A stretch of DNA of 64,000 nt. Origin: Christensenellales bacterium (GTDB lineage Bacteria > Bacillota > Clostridia > Christensenellales > MGBC116941). Below, in pieces: positions 1-9,676 of this stretch (its first letter is position 1; each line of letters starts with the position of its first letter). Location of the stretch: contig JBMNTP010000002.1 in the NCBI GenBank assembly GCA_050945795.1, positions 22,188-86,187 on the forward strand, given 5' to 3'. The notes under the pieces were generated by a model, which had not been told where the DNA came from, searched no databases, and was given only the letters and a program-made list of their open reading frames with translations. Position numbers and translations under genes: made by a program.

Positions 1-2266
1 GACATGTCTCTACGCAGATGCCGCAGCCTGTGCAATCCAGCGTAGAAATGGCTAGCGCATAATGGCGATCAGAATAGCCGGTTGCCGCAACGCAGTCAAA
101 TCCTGATGGAGCGGCCTGTCGCTGAGCCTCATCAAGCAGCAGCGGACGAATCACCGCATGAGGGCATACAAATGCGCATTGATTGCACTGTATACAGTTT
201 TCCGGTATCCACCGAGGCGTCTCAATAGCTATGCCCCGCTTTTCCCACTGGGTGATGCCGGTAGGGTGAGTCCCATCCTCGCGGCCATTAAAAGCGCTTA
301 CAGGAATCAAATCACCCTGCTGCCTGTTCATAGGCTCAATGATTTTCTCTACAAATTCCGGCAGCTTCATCTGTGGCGCAGCTGCGTCCTCGGCGTTTTG
401 CCAGGATTTTGGATAACTTATTTTCTTTATGGATTGGCTGCCCTGGCGTAATGCCTCAAAGTTCATCTCAACAACTTTTAGGCCCTGTTTACCATAAGCT
501 TTTTCCACTTCATCCTCAAGTAGACGAATAGCTTCTTCCATGGGCAAAATACCGACAAGCTTGAAAAAGGCAGCTTGCATAATCATGTTAATTCTGCCGC
601 CAAGCCCGATCTGCCGGGCAATTTCTACAGCGTTTATAGTATAAAAGTCAACTTCATTTTCCGCTATAGATCGCTTAAGCACGGCGGGCAGGCGCTCTTC
701 TAATTCCGCTTCTTTCCATAAACAATTCAATAAGAATTTGCCACGCTTTTTAATGCCCTGCAAAAGGTCATATCTTCCGACATACGCCTGATTGTGGCAT
801 GCTATATAGTCAGCTTTTGTGACGGGATATGGAGATTGTATCGGCGAGTCGCCAAAGCGAAGATGCGAAACTGTCAAGCCCCCGGACTTCTTTGAATCAT
901 ATGCGAAATATGCCTGCGCATACATGTCGGTGTTACCGCCAATAATTTTTATAGCCGATTTGTTGGCGCTTACAGTGCCATCAGAGCCCAGCCCCCAAAA
1001 CTTGCAGGCTGTAACGCCAGAAGGCGTGGAATCAATCCGCATTGGATACGCCGGCAGCGATGTATGCGTCACGTCATCAACAATGCCGACGGTAAAACCA
1101 TTCCTTGGTGTTTCTTGCTTAAGGTTTTCAAAAACGGCCGCCGCATCCTCTGGATAAAAGTCTTTTGAAGCCAATCCATAACGTCCGCCTACTATAACCG
1201 GCCGCGTTTCCCTTTCGTAGAACGCATTACGCACATCTAAATAGAGCGGCTCTCCTATAGCTCCCGGCTCCTTTGTCCGGTCTAGCACCGCAATCTTTTT
1301 CACCGTTTGAGGAAGCGCGCCCAGGAAATGCTCTGCCGAAAACGGGCGATACAGATGCACCTCTAAAACACCCGCCTTTTCTCCTATGGCGTTTAGGTAA
1401 TCAACTGTTTCGCGTATAGTTTCGCAAGCCGATCCCATCGCTATAACAACATGCTCGGCCGCCTCATGCCCATGATAATTAAAAAGACCGTAGTTCCGTC
1501 CGGTAATGGCGTTTATTTTTTCCATTGCCGCAACAACCGCCGTGGGAACGTCCAGATAAAATTTGTTGGTCGCCTCGCGCATTTGGAAAAACACATCGGG
1601 GTTTTGAGTAGTTCCTCTTAAAACCGGATTATCAGGATTAAGCGCCCGCGCCCTAAATTCATCAACCGCTTTATGGTTTATCAAAGCAGCTAAGTCATCA
1701 TAGTCTAGAACATCAATCTTTTGCATCTCATGCGAGGTTCTAAAACCATCGAAAAAGTGCAGGAAGGGTATACGGGATTCAATGGCGCTCAAATGCGCAA
1801 CCGCCCCTAAATCCATGCACTGCTGCACACTACTGGACGCCAATAGCGCGAAGCCTGTTTGCCTTGTGGACATCACATCCTGATGGTCTCCAAAAATGCT
1901 TAGCGCGTTAGAGGCAAGCGAGCGCGCGCTAACGTGAAATACACAGGGTAAAAGCTCACCGGCAATTTTGTACATATTCGGTATCATAAGCAAAAGCCCC
2001 TGCGATGCCGTATAGGTGGTTGCCAACGCCCCGCCCTGCAACACGCCGTGCAGAGTGCCGGCCGCTCCGCCTTCCGACTGCATAACCTTCACCCTAACCG
2101 GTTGCCCGAATAAATTCTTTTTATCTTGCGCAGCCCACTCGTCCACAGATTCGGCCATTTGCGAAGATGGCGTAATTGGGTAAATAGCTGCCACGTCGGT
2201 GAAAGCATAGGAAACATATGCCGCCGCCATATTACCATCCATCGTCTGTCGCTGTGTCTTTTTCAA
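1..2266 (-). CDS. nifJ: pyruvate:ferredoxin (flavodoxin) oxidoreductase, single-chain type; 3' part runs off the window start
   Basis: Not in the ORF track because the stop lies outside the window. Manual translation from TTG 2266 (GAGG upstream) gives MKKTQRQTMDGNMAAAYVSYAFTDVAAIYPITPSSQMAE..., with FFDGFRTSHE, FWGLGSDGTVSANK, YDSKKSGG and 4Fe-4S motifs CIQCNQCAFICP and CTGCGICVETC. Confidence 0.95.
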   Translation of the reverse strand, partial: MKKTQRQTMDGNMAAAYVSYAFTDVAAIYPITPSSQMAESVDEWAAQDKKNLFGQPVRVKVMQSEGGAAGTLHGVLQGGALATTYTASQGLLLMIPNMYKIAGELLPCVFHVSARSLASNALSIFGDHQDVMSTRQTGFALLASSSVQQCMDLGAVAHLSAIESRIPFLHFFDGFRTSHEMQKIDVLDYDDLAALINHKAVDEFRARALNPDNPVLRGTTQNPDVFFQMREATNKFYLDVPTAVVAAMEKINAITGRNYGLFNYHGHEAAEHVVIAMGSACETIRETVDYLNAIGEKAGVLEVHLYRPFSAEHFLGALPQTVKKIAVLDRTKEPGAIGEPLYLDVRNAFYERETRPVIVGGRYGLASKDFYPEDAAAVFENLKQETPRNGFTVGIVDDVTHTSLPAYPMRIDSTPSGVTACKFWGLGSDGTVSANKSAIKIIGGNTDMYAQAYFAYDSKKSGGLTVSHLRFGDSPIQSPYPVTKADYIACHNQAYVGRYDLLQGIKKRGKFLLNCLWKEAELEERLPAVLKRSIAENEVDFYTINAVEIARQIGLGGRINMIMQAAFFKLVGILPMEEAIRLLEDEVEKAYGKQGLKVVEMNFEALRQGSQSIKKISYPKSWQNAEDAAAPQMKLPEFVEKIIEPMNRQQGDLIPVSAFNGREDGTHPTGITQWEKRGIAIETPRWIPENCIQCNQCAFVCPHAVIRPLLLDEAQRQAAPSGFDCVAATGYSDRHYALAISTLDCTGCGICVETC

Positions 2267-2900
2267 AGCTTCTCAACCTCATTTCTATTTCTCTTTTCAA
2301 TGTCCAAAACAATCTTGCCACGATACCGCCGGCGCTCATGGCTTTCACTAAAGCGCCTCCTTTTTGATGTCCACGCACATATGACGAATGCGCTCTCCCT
2401 AACACAATAAGAAGATAGAATGCCGATAAAGCCCGTCAATCGAGCCACTTTCTTTTATAAAAAATCTTTACTTTAGTTTTTGTCCTCTATAAATATACAA
2501 AAACAGTTTTGTGAATATATTAAATGAATAGTATTTTCTAAATCTTAAATACCCAGCCGAATATCGAGCTTTTCAATAGTTTTACTTACTCCATGAGCAT
2601 GATAAACTGTTATTCACATTAATTCAAGCCGTCTATTACTTCTCTATAATCATATTATCTTTGTTTTATATAAATCAATCCATAAGTCGTATTGGTATAT
2701 ACTCCGGCTCTGACTCTACCGGCAGTTATGAATTTAATTGGTGTATGAAGTGTTTAAGTTTAAATTATTGAAGGCTATAGAGTATCTTAGTTGCATATGA
2801 TTAGCCGGTATCGATCTTTAATACCAGATCTAAGGCGTTTGTCTTTAAAGTAAAAGTGCGTACGGAGAACTTTAAAAGCCTAACAAAATCAAATAATAAA

Positions 2901-2938
2901 GCAGGAGGGGGATAATGGAAGTCCCATAAGCCCCCTGC
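2901..2938 (-). terminator. probable intrinsic terminator downstream of the aldo/keto reductase
   Basis: Minus strand GCAGGGGG...CCCCCTCCTGC imperfect stem followed by TTTATTATTT, about 40 nt after the stop codon. Confidence 0.55.
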
Positions 2939-2979
2939 TCCGCTTCATTTTATCAGTTATTACGCTTGATCACCCGGCT

Positions 2980-3969
2980 TCATTGCGGCTGTTCAAGGTT
3001 TTCAATATCGCGGCGCATCTTTTCCACATCCGCCGACTCCAAAAGTATGCCTCCGCCCTTTACGTTTGCTAGTACATGCTCCGGCTTTCTGGCTCCGCAT
3101 AGCACGTTGAGTTTATCGCTCTGCGCGGCGGTCCAGGCAATGACAAGGCTTACGGTGTCGCATTCGTATTTATCCAAAAGCGGCTGCCAGCCTTCTAGCA
3201 TAGAGATGACTTTTTCACGCAAATCGCTTTGGTACCATTTTATTTTATTCCGTATATTTCCTTCCGGCACAACATAATCCCTTGTCAATCTCCCCGTCAA
3301 TAATCCCTGCTCAAGCGGCGAGTATGCCTGTAGCGTAATGCCGTGTTTTTCACATAGCGGCAGCAGCTCCTTTTCGACATCTCTTGTAAGCATGGAATAC
3401 TTCTGTTGTATCAGCGCGATATCGCCGTATTTGAGATACTCCTCCACTTGCTCCCCGGTAACATTTGAGACGCCAATGGCTCGGATTTTGCCTTCTTTTT
3501 TCAATTGGAGAAGCTCCTCCATGGTTTCCGAAATAGGCGTCAGAAACGGCGGCTGCGATTGCCAATGGGTGATAAAAATATCTATGTAGTCGGTGCCGAG
3601 GTTGCGAAGGCTATCCTCCGCCCCTTTTCGTACAGCCTGTTTAGATAGATTCCTGTTAATCTTTCTGCCATCTCTCTCCAGGAAAGGCGTGCCTTCCTCG
3701 TCAAAAACAAGACCGCATTTGGTAGCAACAAGAATATCCTGCCGTTTTCTTCCCTTTATCGCTTGCCCTACCACCCTCTCACTATGCCCAAAACCATAGG
3801 CGGGTGCGGTATCGATTAGGTTGATGCCATGTTCAAGCCCCTCGTGTATGGCGCGGATGGAAAGTCCGTCGTCTGATTTTCCCCATGCCTCGTCTCCGCC
3901 TACCGCCCATGTTCCTAAAGCAATCACAGACGCTTGAATACCACTATTGCCGATTTCTCTAAAAAGCAT
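2980..3969 (-). CDS. aldo/keto reductase, YdjG-like
   Basis: LGTWAVGG, IDTAPAYGFGHSE, ATKCG, THWQSQPPFLTPI, YSPLEQGLLTG. ATG 3969 has a GGAGG RBS; the ORF-track start at 4023 is too early. Confidence 0.92.
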   Translation of the reverse strand: MLFREIGNSGIQASVIALGTWAVGGDEAWGKSDDGLSIRAIHEGLEHGINLIDTAPAYGFGHSERVVGQAIKGRKRQDILVATKCGLVFDEEGTPFLERDGRKINRNLSKQAVRKGAEDSLRNLGTDYIDIFITHWQSQPPFLTPISETMEELLQLKKEGKIRAIGVSNVTGEQVEEYLKYGDIALIQQKYSMLTRDVEKELLPLCEKHGITLQAYSPLEQGLLTGRLTRDYVVPEGNIRNKIKWYQSDLREKVISMLEGWQPLLDKYECDTVSLVIAWTAAQSDKLNVLCGARKPEHVLANVKGGGILLESADVEKMRRDIENLEQPQ

Positions 3970-4334
3970 AAATAAACCTCCATTTTTATAGTTATGCAGA
4001 ATTGATTGATAAAACCGGAGCAAACCTCTCCGCCGCTATTCACTCATGCCGCGCGCCAAACCCTACCAGACGCACGGCTTAATCTATTATACCATAAAGC
4101 TGCGGCACAGCCAGCATCAGCGCAGCCACGACTTCCGCAACACGGAAGGGCCTATGGTTCATATCAATATAAAATAAATTTGTTTTTGTCTTGCTTATAT
4201 ATTTTAGATAGGAACTCTGCCAACGCTTGCTCCAACTCGATTGATCTCTATTCAAATAATAAATCATATTCCACAGCTATATTCAATCGAAAACACAACA
4301 ACCCCCATAAATAACTATAACCGCTAATATAAAA

Positions 4335-4363
4335 AGGGCAGCCATAGCGATTATATGACTGCC
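4335..4363 (-). terminator. probable intrinsic terminator after the cyclase-family gene
   Basis: Plus strand GGGCAGCCATA...TATGACTGCCC hairpin, followed by TTTT on the minus strand. Confidence 0.6.
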
Positions 4364-4391
4364 CATATAGAATTTAAAATATATTCTTTTT

Positions 4392-5057
4392 TCAAGCCTT
4401 AATATCCATTGCAACCGCCCTTAAAATACTACCGCTTGCCCCTTTTATGAGCAATGGGAATGCGGCAAAAAACCACTTATCTAACTCAAAAAGCTCCTTC
4501 GGCAACAGCAGGCCCTCGAATATAAGTACATCGGCTTCTAAAAGTATATCATGCGGTATCTCAACATTGGCTGCATTAGCGCCGCCTATGCTAAAGTGGT
4601 CAATCCCAACTCCGCTTACTCCCTTTTCTACTAAATACCTGGCCGCCTTTTCCCCTAGCCATGGCGAATGGAAAAGATATTTATCCTTTTGCTGCGGCGT
4701 TTTCCTATCCGGCCATCCGGTACACAGTAAAACAATGGAGCCCACCGTTATGCCTTCATGTTGCACATCCTTTAGCGTTATTTCCTCGTCCGGCTTTTTA
4801 TGCCGAAGATCAATTAGTATGCCTTCCCCCGCAAACCTTGTAAGGTTAAAAGCGTCGATAGACTTTCCGCCCCTTAATTTATGCAGCGGCGCGTCGACAT
4901 GCGTACCGACATGCGTCGCAGTGTATATTTTTTCGGCATGCCATCCTTCTTTCTCGTGCCTCATGCATATCTCAACATGCCCATCCTCAAAAGCCGGGTT
5001 CTGGTATCCATGCTCGACAAACGGCTGAGACAAGTCAATTATTCTTTTAATACGCAT
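4392..5057 (-). CDS. cyclase-family (kynurenine formamidase-like) metal-dependent hydrolase
   Basis: IIDLSQP, HVGTHVDAPLH (HxGTHxDxPxH), GVGIDHFS, H..LL..DVLIFEGL. ATG 5057 has an AGGAG RBS. Confidence 0.9.
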   Translation of the reverse strand: MRIKRIIDLSQPFVEHGYQNPAFEDGHVEICMRHEKEGWHAEKIYTATHVGTHVDAPLHKLRGGKSIDAFNLTRFAGEGILIDLRHKKPDEEITLKDVQHEGITVGSIVLLCTGWPDRKTPQQKDKYLFHSPWLGEKAARYLVEKGVSGVGIDHFSIGGANAANVEIPHDILLEADVLIFEGLLLPKELFELDKWFFAAFPLLIKGASGSILRAVAMDIKA

Positions 5058-5070
5058 ATCCTTCTCCTTA

Positions 5071-5832
5071 TCAGTATCCCAGCGTAATGCCCCCATCCAG
5101 ATTAAGCACAACCCCGGTAACAAATGACGCGTCCTCGCTGGCAAGATACAGCGCTGCCTTGCCGCAATCCTCTATAGTTCCCACCCTGCCTAAAGGATGC
5201 CGCTGATCAATATACCGTCTTGATGCCTGTTCATCCTCTTGTTGCGCAAACCAGTCGTCCAACAGCGGCGTTTGGATCCAGCCGGGGCAAATAGCGTTAA
5301 CGCGTATTCCATATTTAGAAAGATCAACAGCCATATTGCGAGTCATGCCAATCTGGCCGCCCTTGGTGGCAGAATATGCGCCGGCATTTGCCTGGCCGAC
5401 CAGCGCCACCATGCTGCTTATATGTATAATATTCCCATGAGTCTTTTTCAAATGCGGCAACGCATATTTGGAGCAATAGAAGGTACTGTACAGATTTGTT
5501 CTCTGTATGAAATCCCACTCCTCATCAGACGTATTCTCTATATCCTTAGAGTTATGGTATCCGGCGTTATTTACAAGTATATCTATCCTGCCAAACGCCT
5601 TTACCGCTTCCTCTATCATATTTTGTACCGAACCGCTGTCCGATACATCCGCCTTTATACATATTGCGTTGCCGTTATCCGAGCCTAATTGCTTTGCCAT
5701 AGCCTGCCCTTCGATTATATTCCTGCAAACCACAACAATCTTTGCGCCCTCGGCTGAAAATGCTCTGGCGATACCCTCGCCTATGCCTTTGCTAGATCCT
5801 GTAACTATAGCTACTTTTCCTGCCAATTTCAT
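5071..5832 (-). CDS. short-chain dehydrogenase/reductase (HSD17B14 / L-fucose dehydrogenase-like)
   Basis: TGSSKGIG, NNAG, YSATK (YxxxK), VNAICPG, C-terminal DGGITLGY. Confidence 0.92.
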   Translation of the reverse strand: MKLAGKVAIVTGSSKGIGEGIARAFSAEGAKIVVVCRNIIEGQAMAKQLGSDNGNAICIKADVSDSGSVQNMIEEAVKAFGRIDILVNNAGYHNSKDIENTSDEEWDFIQRTNLYSTFYCSKYALPHLKKTHGNIIHISSMVALVGQANAGAYSATKGGQIGMTRNMAVDLSKYGIRVNAICPGWIQTPLLDDWFAQQEDEQASRRYIDQRHPLGRVGTIEDCGKAALYLASEDASFVTGVVLNLDGGITLGY

Positions 5833-5868
5833 ATTTATTCCCCTCCTGTTATATGTTTTCTATGATCA

Positions 5869-6100
5869 TTAACCAATGTGCTTTTCCCCATTGATACTTA
5901 TATACTTCCCGGTAATATATCTTGAAAGGTCAGCCACCAAAACAGCACGACCTTATCGCATCCTCAGTTTTACATCGTTAAAATTGCTGTGAGGTTTTTC
6001 TGTCAGTTCAAATATCCCTATCTTTTTGGCATAACGCACCGGCACACCCAGCGATATCAATCGGCGTATAACGCTGCTGTCCATGCCGGTTCCGCTTATA
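5869..6100 (-). pseudogene. heavily eroded SDR remnant
   Basis: One frame ends ...AVLVADLSRYITGKYISINGEKHIG*, a typical SDR C-terminus. Another frame reads ISGTGMDSSVIRRLISLG, like a decayed Rossmann start. The middle of the gene is missing. Confidence 0.55.
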
Positions 6101-6787
6101 TCATCGCCTATCGAATAACATTGAATATTCATTGCACAGCGGATGAAGTATAGGTTCATCTTCTGTAATGCTGGAAAACCGGGTGGCCGTATCGGCGAAA
6201 TGATTATCCTTGCTATCATCATTTATGCTCGACACCTCTCCAACTATAAGATCGCCGTTTTCTGCTGCAAATTGATGATAAATATGCGGCGTTAGCGTTA
6301 TGCTATTGCCCCTTGTGATGACAACTTTTTCCCCCGCCGCAACAGTACGCTTAATGCCGTCCATATAAACACTGATATGGCTTTTTTGATCCACGCCCCC
6401 GTCCGGTAGCGAGCCGTATAGCTTAATCACCAACAGCCCTCCGCCTCGGTTTATAATATCCTCGGTTTTTGAATAGTGGTAATGCAGCGGCAACGTCTGC
6501 CCTTCTTTCATTAATATAACTTTCTCAGCATAAGGCGTGCCGCATCCGTGATTGTTTATATCGCCGTTACGCAGCGTGAAAAGTACAGCACCGGTTTTTT
6601 CAAAATCCCCGCTGCCAAAATCAGTAATGTCCCAGCCAAGCATGGTCTGTTTTATCCTGCCAATACTATCAGCCGCCGCCTTCCATTCCTCCATGCTCCA
6701 ATATGCAAAACCCGGCAGTTTAAAATGGTTTTTATTAAGCAGATCTTTTGCCCACTTAAGCATACTGTTGATTTTCGAACGTTTCAC
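6101..6787 (-). CDS. D-lyxose/D-mannose family sugar isomerase (cupin)
   Basis: MKRSKIN start (GTG 6787, GGGGG RBS), LGWDITDFG, FTLRNG, YAEK, PLHYHYSKTEDIINRGGG, GEVSSINDD, LCNEY. Confidence 0.9.
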   Translation of the reverse strand: MKRSKINSMLKWAKDLLNKNHFKLPGFAYWSMEEWKAAADSIGRIKQTMLGWDITDFGSGDFEKTGAVLFTLRNGDINNHGCGTPYAEKVILMKEGQTLPLHYHYSKTEDIINRGGGLLVIKLYGSLPDGGVDQKSHISVYMDGIKRTVAAGEKVVITRGNSITLTPHIYHQFAAENGDLIVGEVSSINDDSKDNHFADTATRFSSITEDEPILHPLCNEYSMLFDRR

Positions 6788-6800
6788 TCCCATACCCCCT

Positions 6801-7124
6801 TTAGTCAATATGGTATACTTGCTCCATATCAGCCCACCATTCGCCTTCTTTGCGCGTTTCGAGCGGCTGCTGGCACGGATCCGTCTCCCTCCACCACCGC
6901 TGCGTTTCCGCATCATCGCGCATTTTGGCCATATCTCTTTCATAATCGTCACCGGTATATTCAAAATAAGAGAACAAATAGCCATCTTTATAATAAATAG
7001 AAAAGTTTTGTATATTGCATTTCTTTATCATAGAGTTAACACCCGGCCAAGGATTGGCATGCAACTCCTTATAATACTCTAGCTTTTCCGGCCGGACTTT
7101 AATTACCTCACCAAATCTTTTCAT
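6801..7124 (-). CDS. L-rhamnose mutarotase family (RhaM/YiiL) protein
   Basis: YKELHANPWPGV, NFSIY, LFSYFEY, QRWW, W..MEQVYH pattern; 107 aa. Confidence 0.9.
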   Translation of the reverse strand: MKRFGEVIKVRPEKLEYYKELHANPWPGVNSMIKKCNIQNFSIYYKDGYLFSYFEYTGDDYERDMAKMRDDAETQRWWRETDPCQQPLETRKEGEWWADMEQVYHID

Positions 7125-7282
7125 CACTAAATACACCCCCTATACATTAAGTATGTGAGAATTATTATCTTGTATTTTTATTTTTAATAATGCTCATGAA
7201 CTCTGGTGTCAACTGCCGTTACAATCTTGCTCGCGGCACAAGTCCGCATTAAATGATCCGACTTACGGTAAGCTACCGCCTC

Positions 7283-9541
7283 CTAATTATTTACAAGTTG
7301 TTGGAAAGCTTTTTTTGCTCCTATCAACGATTCTCTAGCCGTCTCATTACCCATTAGAGTTCTATATATGGCGTCCGCAAGTATTGGGTCTGTAACATCT
7401 GGGTCTATAAGGTTTCCTTTAGAGTCGCGTATAACCTCACGTGTGCCCATATTTGAAAACGTTTCATCAATAAATCTTAGCCACGGAAATTTTGTTTTAA
7501 GCAGCGTGTTATCGCAAACCGCCTTGAGCGGCACCGCCCCGCCCATCATGATATTATGCACCGCTAAAGTATTGCTCGTCGCCCAGCGCAAATACGTATA
7601 CCCCTCATCCTGAGCGTCGCTGTAGCTGTTGATGCCGAGTATCCAGCATCCCAGCATGGGTTTTCCCCCGGGGATAGTAGTTACTTTAATAAAGCGGTCA
7701 AATGTATCGTTCAGCTTGGAATGCTTATATGGTAAATAATGCGAAGAAAATCCCTGTGCCATTATGATTTCGCCCGAAAGAAGTTTATTGAAAGCATCAT
7801 CGAAGAACCAAGATAGCGACTCTTTGGGAGAGTTTTTATATGTGTCCTCCAGGCTGGTAAGCGCGCGGACATTCTCGTCGCTGTCCAAATCCACCTTGCC
7901 CCACTCATCCAGTATCTTCCCATTAAATGCCCATTGTCGTGGAAAAAACTCCTCTACAATACCAATCGGATTCAATCCGCATATAGCCGTACCGTACTCC
8001 ACCGGAGAATTTGGATTGACAGATCTGTTGAAAAATTCAGCTATATAGTTAAACTCGGTCCATGTTCTGGGCGGATTTATTTCAAAGCCGTATTTCTTAA
8101 AAAAGCTCCACTTGATATCCTTGTCCTCGAATATATCGCTGCGGTAAAAAAGTGTTTCAGTAGTTGCGATAATGGGTAAGCCATATATATTGCGCTGCGT
8201 TTTAAAAAATGCCGACTTAATGCCCTGCGGATAGCTGTCAAGAATGGATTCATCGCCGGCCATTTTAGATTTCAAATCCAACAGCAATCCGCTGTTTTGG
8301 ACTTTATTCGCCCACGGCAAATCCACCATTATTATGTCGTATTCGCTGCTTTTGCCCTCTATCTGTTTTTTGACCTCCTGCTTAAGCTCCAGGTATGGCA
8401 GTATATTGAATTCCAGCCGCATATTATAATGGCTTTCGAAGCCTTTAGACAGCTTAACTAAAGCATCCATAGCGTTAGATTCAAAGAGCAGTACCCTAAG
8501 CGTCTTTTTTGAGATCGGCTTTTTGATTTTCTCGCTTTTATCGCCAATGTCGTCATTGCTGTGTACAACAATAGTCTGGTTCTCAACAAGCAGAGAGTTT
8601 TTGGTAAATCTGGCCAGTAACTCGGCGGCTTTTTCCCCCATCTTTACAGTCTCGCGCGAGCGCCGCTCCATGCCAAAGCTGTTTTTTGTAACGCTCATCC
8701 AATCACTTTCGGCCAGCGTAATAATTCTAGCCTCATGTTTTAGTATGCCAAATACTTCGCGCAATGCCCTGGCCACCTGCTGATTTGACGTAATACAGCA
8801 ACGTGGCTTGTCGTCCATATCATAAAAATGATCAAACAACGTATTAAAGGCATATTCTTTCTGCAGCCATACTTCAAATTTCCTTATATGCTCTTTCTTT
8901 AATTCAATACCTTTTTCCTTATGCCATCTTTCCATGGCCTCTAAATATCCTTCTACACAGTCGCGCTCGCTGCTATATTTCGCTTGGCCGACAATAAGCA
9001 TTATATCCTTGGCACTTAATTCATCTAAAAGCTCATACACCGTATCGTATATCAAGTTTTTATTATCAAACAGCACATTGCTAAAGGCAGTATCGTTCAC
9101 CTTTCTTTCAATAAAAACAATAGGTATGCCCTTATCCGCAATCCGCTGGTACTTTTCTACATTTTCCGGCTCACATGGTACCACCAGCATACCGCTCACG
9201 CCAATATCCAACAGCTCCTCTAAAACCCTGTTTTCGTTTTGTACATTGTTTTTAGATGTCTTTGTTATTACATAAAACTCCTCGTTGTCAAATATATGGT
9301 TAATGCCGTGGAAAATCTGTCCGTAGAATGTATCCATTTCAGGCAGCACCACCCCAACTATGCGCGCTTTCTGCTTTTTCAGGTTTTGCGCAATATAATT
9401 GGGCCGGTATTTTAGCTGCTCAATTGCATCAATAATACGGTAGTATTTTTCCTCACTGATGTTTTTTTTGCCATTTAGCATAAGTGACACAGTGGAAACC
9501 GATACATTAGCCAACTTTGCTACGTCTCTGATAGTTGCCAT
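7283..9541 (-). CDS. LacI-family transcriptional regulator fused to a C-terminal family-1 solute-binding domain
   Basis: N-terminal LacI HTH (ATIRDVAKLANVSVSTVS...YRPNYIAQNLK) and PBP-like sensor domain. Then about 400 aa with SBP_bac_1-type motifs (YDIIMVD, YGLP, LFYRSDIF, PPRTWTEF). No signal peptide. Confidence 0.85.
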   Translation of the reverse strand: MATIRDVAKLANVSVSTVSLMLNGKKNISEEKYYRIIDAIEQLKYRPNYIAQNLKKQKARIVGVVLPEMDTFYGQIFHGINHIFDNEEFYVITKTSKNNVQNENRVLEELLDIGVSGMLVVPCEPENVEKYQRIADKGIPIVFIERKVNDTAFSNVLFDNKNLIYDTVYELLDELSAKDIMLIVGQAKYSSERDCVEGYLEAMERWHKEKGIELKKEHIRKFEVWLQKEYAFNTLFDHFYDMDDKPRCCITSNQQVARALREVFGILKHEARIITLAESDWMSVTKNSFGMERRSRETVKMGEKAAELLARFTKNSLLVENQTIVVHSNDDIGDKSEKIKKPISKKTLRVLLFESNAMDALVKLSKGFESHYNMRLEFNILPYLELKQEVKKQIEGKSSEYDIIMVDLPWANKVQNSGLLLDLKSKMAGDESILDSYPQGIKSAFFKTQRNIYGLPIIATTETLFYRSDIFEDKDIKWSFFKKYGFEINPPRTWTEFNYIAEFFNRSVNPNSPVEYGTAICGLNPIGIVEEFFPRQWAFNGKILDEWGKVDLDSDENVRALTSLEDTYKNSPKESLSWFFDDAFNKLLSGEIIMAQGFSSHYLPYKHSKLNDTFDRFIKVTTIPGGKPMLGCWILGINSYSDAQDEGYTYLRWATSNTLAVHNIMMGGAVPLKAVCDNTLLKTKFPWLRFIDETFSNMGTREVIRDSKGNLIDPDVTDPILADAIYRTLMGNETARESLIGAKKAFQQLVNN

Positions 9542-9632
9542 TTTCACCTCTGTTTGCGGCATAATGCCGCGGAGTATTCCTATAATTGCTATAAATACTA
9601 TTTTCCCATTCGCTTTTTACTGCGATATTGCC

Positions 9633-9667
9633 GAGTTAGGAGGCGTCCATAAGGAGCCTCCTTTCTC
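9633..9667 (-). terminator. stem-loop after the sugar-binding protein gene (terminator or mRNA stabiliser)
   Basis: GAGTTAGGAGGC...GCCTCCTTTCTC inverted repeat between the SBP and LacI genes; no clear U-tract. Confidence 0.45.
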
Positions 9668-9676
9668 AGCGATTAT

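Noticed and set aside
2263-2448. 61-aa ORF upstream of PFOR
   Set aside because: No recognisable domain or RBS; it spans the PFOR leader and RBS and is likely a chance ORF.
2490-2680. Rex operator upstream of PFOR
   Set aside because: Only half-site matches (TTGTGAATAT.., TTGTTTTATATAAATCAA) in a very AT-rich stretch; too weak to call.
2740-2835. c-di-GMP-I riboswitch-like fragment (GGCTATAGAG...ATGATTAGCCGG)
   Set aside because: The GGCAAA/GAAA tetraloop stem is missing, and the orientation is opposite to the neighbouring genes.
4079-4267. 62-aa ORF between the cyclase and AKR genes
   Set aside because: No RBS or motif, and it overlaps a likely AKR promoter (TGGTATAAT at about 4086-4094).
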